Positions 58,641 to 64,000 of a stretch of 64,000 nucleotides of DNA are shown here, piece after piece. The notes beneath the pieces were generated by a model. That model saw only the letters and a list, made by a program, of their open reading frames with translations, did not search any database and had not been told where the DNA came from. Origin of the DNA: a virus. Its lineage: Duplodnaviria > Caudoviricetes. The stretch is taken from the IMG/VR virus record IMGVR_UViG_3300025740_000004, positions 28,375 through 92,374 of that record, one strand, 5' to 3'. How positions within the stretch are numbered: the stretch's first letter is position 1; each line of letters begins with the position of its first letter. The position numbers and the translations under genes were made by a program.

Positions 58641-59065
58641 ACGTAAAATTTATTAAGATTAATGATAATGCAAAGTTACCATACAAAGCATCAAAATCAG
58701 CAGCTTGTTCGGATCTTTATTCTGTAGAAGATGTTGTAATACTTCCTGGAAAAACTGTGATGGTTTCCACTGGATTAAAGGTAGCATATATTCCAAATGG
58801 TTTTAGATTAGATTTATATGATCGTTCTGGATTTAGAGCTAAAGGAATTTTCGGCTCATCTGTAGGAATTATTGATGAAGATTATAGAGGAGAACTTAAA
58901 GTTATTCTTTTCAATTCTACTGATAAAGATTTCATTATAAAGATTGGTGATAGAATTGCTCAAGCAGCTTTAAGACCAGTTCAGCAAGTTTCTTATGAAT
59001 TTACAGAAACATTTGAAGATACTGAAAGATCTGAAGGTGGATTTGGAAGTACTGGAAAAAATTAA
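58637..59065 (+). CDS. dut: Trimeric dUTPase
   Basis: DL, RSG, GIIDEDYRGE, RIAQ, RSEGGFGSTG. Confidence 0.95.
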   Translation: MNVKFIKINDNAKLPYKASKSAACSDLYSVEDVVILPGKTVMVSTGLKVAYIPNGFRLDLYDRSGFRAKGIFGSSVGIIDEDYRGELKVILFNSTDKDFIIKIGDRIAQAALRPVQQVSYEFTETFEDTERSEGGFGSTGKN

Positions 59066-59107
59066 ATTTATAAAGATCTTGACTATTCAAATTAAAGATT
59101 GTAAAAT
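59060..59107 (+). promoter_or_regulatory. Phage sigma70-type promoter (family copy)
   Basis: AATTAAATTTATAAA..TTGACT-17-TAAAAT. Confidence 0.8.
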
Positions 59108-59130
59108 AAGAATATAGTAAAGGAACTAAA

Positions 59131-59868
59131 ATGACACCGATAAAATATAATTTGAATGCATTGAAGATTATAAATGATTTATCTTCAATTTCAAAAACCA
59201 AAGATGGAAATACACCAATTAAATTTGTAAAGGATCTAGAAGGAGTTCATGTTCGTTCTGGAAACTCTGCTAAGACAATTGTGTTCGCTGTAGATTTACC
59301 TTCAGAGAGTTTTGATATTCCAAATCCTACATTATCTTTTTATGATTATTCTGAATTTTATAAGTATGTAACAACTTTTCCAGATGCTACATTATCTTTT
59401 GGATTAGTCAATGAAGGATCAGAAAGAGAATTTGAAGGAATCATTATTACAAAAGATCGTAAGAAGATTTCATATCAAACCTCAGATGATGAAACTATTT
59501 CTGGAAGTATGAAGAGTTTGAAGCATCCAGATCCTACAACGTCTTTCAATTTTAATTCAGAAAACTTTGTTCAATTAAAGAAGATCATAAATCTTTTCCA
59601 TAGCGATGATGTATTAATCAAATTAAAGTTTTCAGGAAAGTTTGTAGATATTTCAATCAAAGCAGAAAATATAGAAACTCTTTATGAAGATCAATTTGAA
59701 TTAGATATTGAGATTGAAAAGGAATTTGAAATTGTAATTAGACACGAAGTTTTTAAGCATCTATTAAATACAAATTATGTAGTAGAAGCTTCAGAAGAAT
59801 ATCAATGTTTGTTTTTTAATTTTGTATTTGAATCTATCAAGGGTTCAATTCTAGTAACAGGAGAATAA
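59131..59868 (+). CDS. 45: gp45 sliding clamp
   Basis: 245 aa, FYDYSEF motif, located upstream of the clamp loader. Confidence 0.7.
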   Translation: MTPIKYNLNALKIINDLSSISKTKDGNTPIKFVKDLEGVHVRSGNSAKTIVFAVDLPSESFDIPNPTLSFYDYSEFYKYVTTFPDATLSFGLVNEGSEREFEGIIITKDRKKISYQTSDDETISGSMKSLKHPDPTTSFNFNSENFVQLKKIINLFHSDDVLIKLKFSGKFVDISIKAENIETLYEDQFELDIEIEKEFEIVIRHEVFKHLLNTNYVVEASEEYQCLFFNFVFESIKGSILVTGE

Positions 59869-59872
59869 TAAA

Positions 59873-60514
59873 ATGGCTAAGAAAAAAATTGAAGAAGCTG
59901 AATTTCAAGAAGTTGTTCAAGAACCAGTTCAAGATACCACACAAGTTGGATATAATGCTTTAGGAATGGTTGAAAATACTAGAGATGATGAAGACGAAGA
60001 TGAGTCAAGTTCTTCAGAAGATCTACAAAAGTTAAACAATCTTTCAGAACAATATAGAAAGACTGAAGTAGAACAGACTCAAATGTTTATGAATCCTGAG
60101 ACTGGAGAAATGGTTGAAAGATCTAAGCTTCCACCTCTTGAACAAATTAGAGTTACTGCAAAATCTACTGGACATCATATCAACGATCCTAAGAAGAATT
60201 GTAAGAAATGTTTCGGAAGAGGTTATACTGCAATTAAGTTAGAAGGTACACCAATTCCATGTGATTGTATTTTTGAAGAATTCTATAAGGCTAATCCAGA
60301 ATCTAAAAAGACTGCTCAAAATTACAATCCTCCTATGAATAGAAAGCAGAAGAGAATGTATGAAAAGCAATATAAGAAGTATGTTTCAAATATTATTGAA
60401 GAAGAAGTTAAGAAGCAAATGATTATTCAAAAGTCTAAATCAAATCTTAGAAAGAATACTCCAGTGACTGAAACAGAATCAGTTGTTATTGAAACCGCAG
60501 AAGGTGTTATTTAA
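59873..60514 (+). CDS. Hypothetical protein with CxxCxGxG..CxC zinc finger
   Basis: NCKKCFGRG..PCDC; acidic N-terminus. Confidence 0.7.
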   Translation: MAKKKIEEAEFQEVVQEPVQDTTQVGYNALGMVENTRDDEDEDESSSSEDLQKLNNLSEQYRKTEVEQTQMFMNPETGEMVERSKLPPLEQIRVTAKSTGHHINDPKKNCKKCFGRGYTAIKLEGTPIPCDCIFEEFYKANPESKKTAQNYNPPMNRKQKRMYEKQYKKYVSNIIEEEVKKQMIIQKSKSNLRKNTPVTETESVVIETAEGVI

Positions 60515-61470
60515 TGTCTAAAAAGCAGTTGTCTTATACAATATTTACAGAAAAGTATAGACCAATTTCTGTAAAAGATGTTATTATGCCAACGACTTAC
60601 AAGAATGCTTTTTTGAAAATGGTAGAAGAGGGTGAAGTTCCGCATCTTCTTCTTCATTCCTCTTATCCTGGATCTGGCAAAACATCTTTAGCAAAAGCTT
60701 TATGTAATGATATTGGTGCAGATTTTATGTATATTAATGCTTCGGAAGATTCTGGTGTAGATGTTTTAAGAAATGAAATTAGAAGATTCGCATCTGGAAG
60801 AAGTATTGTAGGAAAAAAGAAGATAGTTATTCTTGATGAGTTGGACGCAAATTCAAATACATCTTTACAAAAAGGTTTGAGAGGTGCTATAGAAGAGTTT
60901 CATAATACATGCAGATTTATAGCAACTTGTAATCATGTAAATAAAATCATTTCTCCTTTAAGATCTAGATTTCAAGATTTTGATTTTAATATGAATACTC
61001 AAGAAATTCGTTCTGAAATGATTCCTAAAGTTGTTAATAGAATTAAAGGAGTTTTACAAGTAGAGAAAATTGAATTTGATCTATCTGCTATTCAAGAATT
61101 AGTAGAACTACATTTTCCAGATATTCGAAAAATCTATAATATGGTTCAGAAATATTCTAACATGTCTGGAATGATTGATAGGAATATTTTAAACTTTACT
61201 GAATCTGATGAGAAGCTTTATGAATTAGTTTTATCTAGAAAGTTTACCGCAGCTAGACAATACATTTTAGATAATGGTTATGATTTTGATGGATTGTATA
61301 CAGACTTTTATAAAAACTTAGTTCCAAAGATTAAGAATAAAAAAGCACAATTATCAGTTATCAGAGCTATTGGAGAATGGAATTATAGATCGGCATTTTG
61401 TACTGATAAAGAAATACCATTTGCTACAATGCTTTTAGAAATTATGTCAGAACTTGGAGAAGAAGGATGA
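60514..61470 (+). CDS. 44: gp44 clamp loader AAA+ subunit
   Basis: EKYRP, PGSGKT, ILDE.D, PLRSR. Confidence 0.95.
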   Translation: MSKKQLSYTIFTEKYRPISVKDVIMPTTYKNAFLKMVEEGEVPHLLLHSSYPGSGKTSLAKALCNDIGADFMYINASEDSGVDVLRNEIRRFASGRSIVGKKKIVILDELDANSNTSLQKGLRGAIEEFHNTCRFIATCNHVNKIISPLRSRFQDFDFNMNTQEIRSEMIPKVVNRIKGVLQVEKIEFDLSAIQELVELHFPDIRKIYNMVQKYSNMSGMIDRNILNFTESDEKLYELVLSRKFTAARQYILDNGYDFDGLYTDFYKNLVPKIKNKKAQLSVIRAIGEWNYRSAFCTDKEIPFATMLLEIMSELGEEG

Positions 61471-61745
61471 CAGAACAAGAATTAAAAAATGGTAAAGAAC
61501 TTTCGGGAATAGTTACTTTTGTTTCAGATCATTGTAAAATTTGTTTGAAGCAGAAAGAATTGTTTGATAAAGTTTCTTTAAAATATGATACCATTGTTTG
61601 TGATAATGATCCTAACTATTTTATTTCAAATCATAATATAGATACTTTACCAGAGACTAGAATATATGAATCTGGTAAAGTTGTTTGGTCTAAGGTTGAT
61701 TTTGTTTCAGAAGAAGATCTACAATTTTTAAGGAGTTACATTTGA
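61467..61745 (+). CDS. Thioredoxin-like protein
   Basis: CKIC and cis-Pro LPET. Confidence 0.7.
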   Translation: MTEQELKNGKELSGIVTFVSDHCKICLKQKELFDKVSLKYDTIVCDNDPNYFISNHNIDTLPETRIYESGKVVWSKVDFVSEEDLQFLRSYI

Positions 61746-62026
61746 TTTATAATCTTTCTCTAGAAGGTTTTCAAAGACAAAAGAAACATGGAATTTATAT
61801 TTTCGAAAGTCCTGGATGTTTTACTTGTTCATATCACATAGAAGAATTTTCTAAACACTTTTCGGAATTTTATATCATATCTACTTTAGAAGATCCTGCA
61901 TATTTTGATTCTATAGAAATTGGAATCACACCTACAACAAGAATCTATAAAAATGATAAATTGATTTGGACAAAAGAGGGAGTTCTTTACGATACACAAT
62001 TAGATGAAATGAGAAAATTTTTATGA
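61742..62026 (+). CDS. Thioredoxin-like protein (paralog)
   Basis: CFTC and TPTT. Confidence 0.65.
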   Translation: MIYNLSLEGFQRQKKHGIYIFESPGCFTCSYHIEEFSKHFSEFYIISTLEDPAYFDSIEIGITPTTRIYKNDKLIWTKEGVLYDTQLDEMRKFL

Positions 62027-62457
62027 TAAATCAATTACAAAAATTATGGGAATCTTATATAAACTATTCCAAACTTATAGAATCTAATAATGGGAATTCT
62101 TTTTTATCAGAACTTAGAAAACAAGATTTAGAAAGGTTAGAAATCATTAAGAATCAAATTCAAGAGATTGTTAAAAATAATAAACAAGAACTTGAACAAA
62201 TTTCTTCTGATGAAAATCTTATTCCAAATTTTGTAGCAGAATCTTTGAAGAAAATGTATGCTCCTCAATATGGTCTTCAATCAATTTTAGAAGATTATCC
62301 AGATGATGAAGATGGGAATGATTGTAAAGAAAAATATGAAGAACTTTCTAGATACTGGTATAAACAAAAAGAGTTTTATCATAGTTTAGGAATTAATAGT
62401 TTAAAGACGATTAGATTTTATTTGAATTTAAAAAGTATAATAAAGGAGTTTGAATGA
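62023..62457 (+). CDS. Hypothetical protein
   Basis: Operon packing. Confidence 0.7.
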   Translation: MINQLQKLWESYINYSKLIESNNGNSFLSELRKQDLERLEIIKNQIQEIVKNNKQELEQISSDENLIPNFVAESLKKMYAPQYGLQSILEDYPDDEDGNDCKEKYEELSRYWYKQKEFYHSLGINSLKTIRFYLNLKSIIKEFE

Positions 62458-63167
62458 ATATTAAATTTGTAGTAGCAAGATATGAGAATGATAATTTTGA
62501 AGGATTTTTATCAGAGACTATAAAAGATTATGAACATGAATTTATTTGGAACGATGAAGGAAGTTCTATTTTTGAAAAGTATAATATTGGTGTAAATAGA
62601 CTTGTACAAAAAGGTTTAAATGGAGATGATGTAGTTTGTTTCTGTCATGCTGATGTAAAGTTTATAGATCCTGATTGGGAAGAAAAAGTTAAATATGCTT
62701 TCCAAAATATTCAAGGTCTTGGTGTAGCTGGTGTAATTGGTGCTACTGAACTTCACGAAACTGGAGGATGGTGGTTATCTGATCAATCTTTACATAGAGG
62801 TCATGTTATGCAATGGGTTGATGATAAGGAAGAAAACAAATATCATATGATTCGTAAGGAAGGAAATTTTACAGATTGTTGTGTTGTAGATGGTTTATGT
62901 ATGTTTGTTATCGGCCATATTGCACAAAATCTTAGATGGGATTATCAAACGTTTCCAGAATCTTATGATATGTATGATTTAGATTATTGTCTTTCTGTAA
63001 TGGGTCATGGATATAAAGTTGCTGTTTTAGATATTCTTCTTGAACATAAATCTGCTGGGGTTGGTGTTATGAAAGATTCTTGGAAAATTAATAAAGAAAA
63101 GTTCATTAACAAGTGGAAAGGTGCTGGTGTAAATTTTCCTATAAAGGTTATTACTAAAAATGGCTGA
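62454..63167 (+). CDS. GT-A glycosyltransferase (StrF/GT2-like)
   Basis: YN.G, CHADV, GVIG, VDG, YDLD.C, H.S.G. Confidence 0.8.
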   Translation: MNIKFVVARYENDNFEGFLSETIKDYEHEFIWNDEGSSIFEKYNIGVNRLVQKGLNGDDVVCFCHADVKFIDPDWEEKVKYAFQNIQGLGVAGVIGATELHETGGWWLSDQSLHRGHVMQWVDDKEENKYHMIRKEGNFTDCCVVDGLCMFVIGHIAQNLRWDYQTFPESYDMYDLDYCLSVMGHGYKVAVLDILLEHKSAGVGVMKDSWKINKEKFINKWKGAGVNFPIKVITKNG

Positions 63168-63561
63168 TAAAGAAGAGAAGAAAGATATCTGGTATTTTTG
63201 GAAAGTCTTATGTCAAAAGAAACTACATCCAGACGATTTATCAGAAGATGATTTGTCTGGATACAATGTTTATCAAATGAATCGAATTTTGTCTAGTATT
63301 AATATGTATCTTCCAGAAGTAGCAGAATTAACAAAATATGATCTTCCAAAAGAGGTTCATTATAGATATCTTTACAATCTTCTTCCTAAAAAATATCTGC
63401 CAGTAGAATATCCTAAAGCTAAAAAATCAAATGATGAAGATTCAAAAGTTGTGGCAAAATATTTTGAATTTGGTTCTAGAGATACTAAACAAGCTTTACA
63501 AATTTTAACAGAAACTGATATCAATAATATTAAAAAGAAATATGGTGGAAGAATTCGTTAA
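63160..63561 (+). CDS. 62: gp62 clamp loader small subunit
   Basis: YNVYQMNRILS, HYRYL..LPK, YFEF...A..IL. Confidence 0.8.
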   Translation: MADKEEKKDIWYFWKVLCQKKLHPDDLSEDDLSGYNVYQMNRILSSINMYLPEVAELTKYDLPKEVHYRYLYNLLPKKYLPVEYPKAKKSNDEDSKVVAKYFEFGSRDTKQALQILTETDINNIKKKYGGRIR

Positions 63562-63587
63562 AATAAATACTCTTAAAAAGGTAATTC

Positions 63588-64000
63588 ATGTCTTTCAAAA
63601 ATTTTTATATTTCTGTAGTAGATTCAAAGTTAGAACAAATTAATGAAGTCTTTGAAAACTTATTTGAAGCATCTGAGGGATTTTATAATCTAACATCTAA
63701 TGGAAAGATGCAGTTTGAGAAATCATTTGAAGAAGCTCCGGAAATTTCTAAAGCGTCAAATTTTACAGTATTAAACCTTTCTAATGAAGATGATAAAAAG
63801 AAAATTATAGATCTGAAGAAGAAAGGTTTTGTAAGATTTTTAATGTATGTTGCTGAAAAATCTAGAATAGTAAAACCTTCTATAGACTCTGATTATTTCT
63901 TAGTACCAAAAGAATTTTTCACATTTACTACATTAAAACCTTCCAACGATACAGAAAAGTCTTTATTAAAATCTATTAAAGAAAAAGAATCTCAAAGAAC
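63588..64000 (+). CDS. Late protein with leader MSFKNFY..LFEA (runs off window)
   Basis: ATAAATA at ~63563, AAGG RBS, open to the window end. Confidence 0.65.
   Translation, partial: MSFKNFYISVVDSKLEQINEVFENLFEASEGFYNLTSNGKMQFEKSFEEAPEISKASNFTVLNLSNEDDKKKIIDLKKKGFVRFLMYVAEKSRIVKPSIDSDYFLVPKEFFTFTTLKPSNDTEKSLLKSIKEKESQR

Noticed and set aside
5925-59201. Numerous short antisense or nested ORFs in the track (e.g. 5925, 6970, 13278, 15596, 22699, 29016, 38246, 41451, 52542, 53290, 59001)
   Set aside because: They overlap well-supported genes on the opposite strand or frame and lack RBSs; they are shadow ORFs.
1-64000. Stop-codon reassignment
   Set aside because: Core genes are full length in the standard code, and TAA, TAG and TGA all terminate genes with tight packing.
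1-64000. tRNA or rRNA genes
   Set aside because: No cloverleaf with T-loop GTTCRA and matching acceptor stem was seen in the intergenic regions; tRNAscan-SE would confirm.

Overview
This window is an AT-rich segment of a large T4-like (Tevenvirinae/Straboviridae-type) lytic phage genome. Core genes: gp46/gp55/gp47, gp43 DNA polymerase (mini-intein), UvsX, gp41, gp33, gp59-like, gp32, gp61, RNase H, gp4, class II ribonucleotide reductase (Pro-initiated class 3 mini-intein), thymidylate synthase/DHFR, dUTPase, gp45, gp44 and gp62. Accessory content: a ~13 kb glycan-biosynthesis island, an HNH endonuclease, a DNA methyltransferase, a stand-alone Xre/MbcA/ParS-type antitoxin domain, a macro domain, an M16 peptidase, and a solo TnpB element inserted inside a phage promoter. 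Main unexplained structures: (i) about 17 late genes share an N-terminal leader resembling the T4 capsid-targeting/gp21-cleavage signal, fused to diverse ART-like, HExxH and hydrolase cargoes, and the leader DNA itself recurs as a repeat; (ii) single genes are repeatedly flanked by diverged direct repeats of gene junctions; (iii) a ten-copy sigma70-type promoter family carries ATTAAA boxes exactly 30 bp apart; (iv) the 1.4 kb region upstream of uvsY holds a promoter-driven structured RNA candidate, hairpins and iteron-like repeats, and an unannotated GIY-YIG-like frame with no ATG. All family assignments come from motif recognition by eye; no database searches were run.
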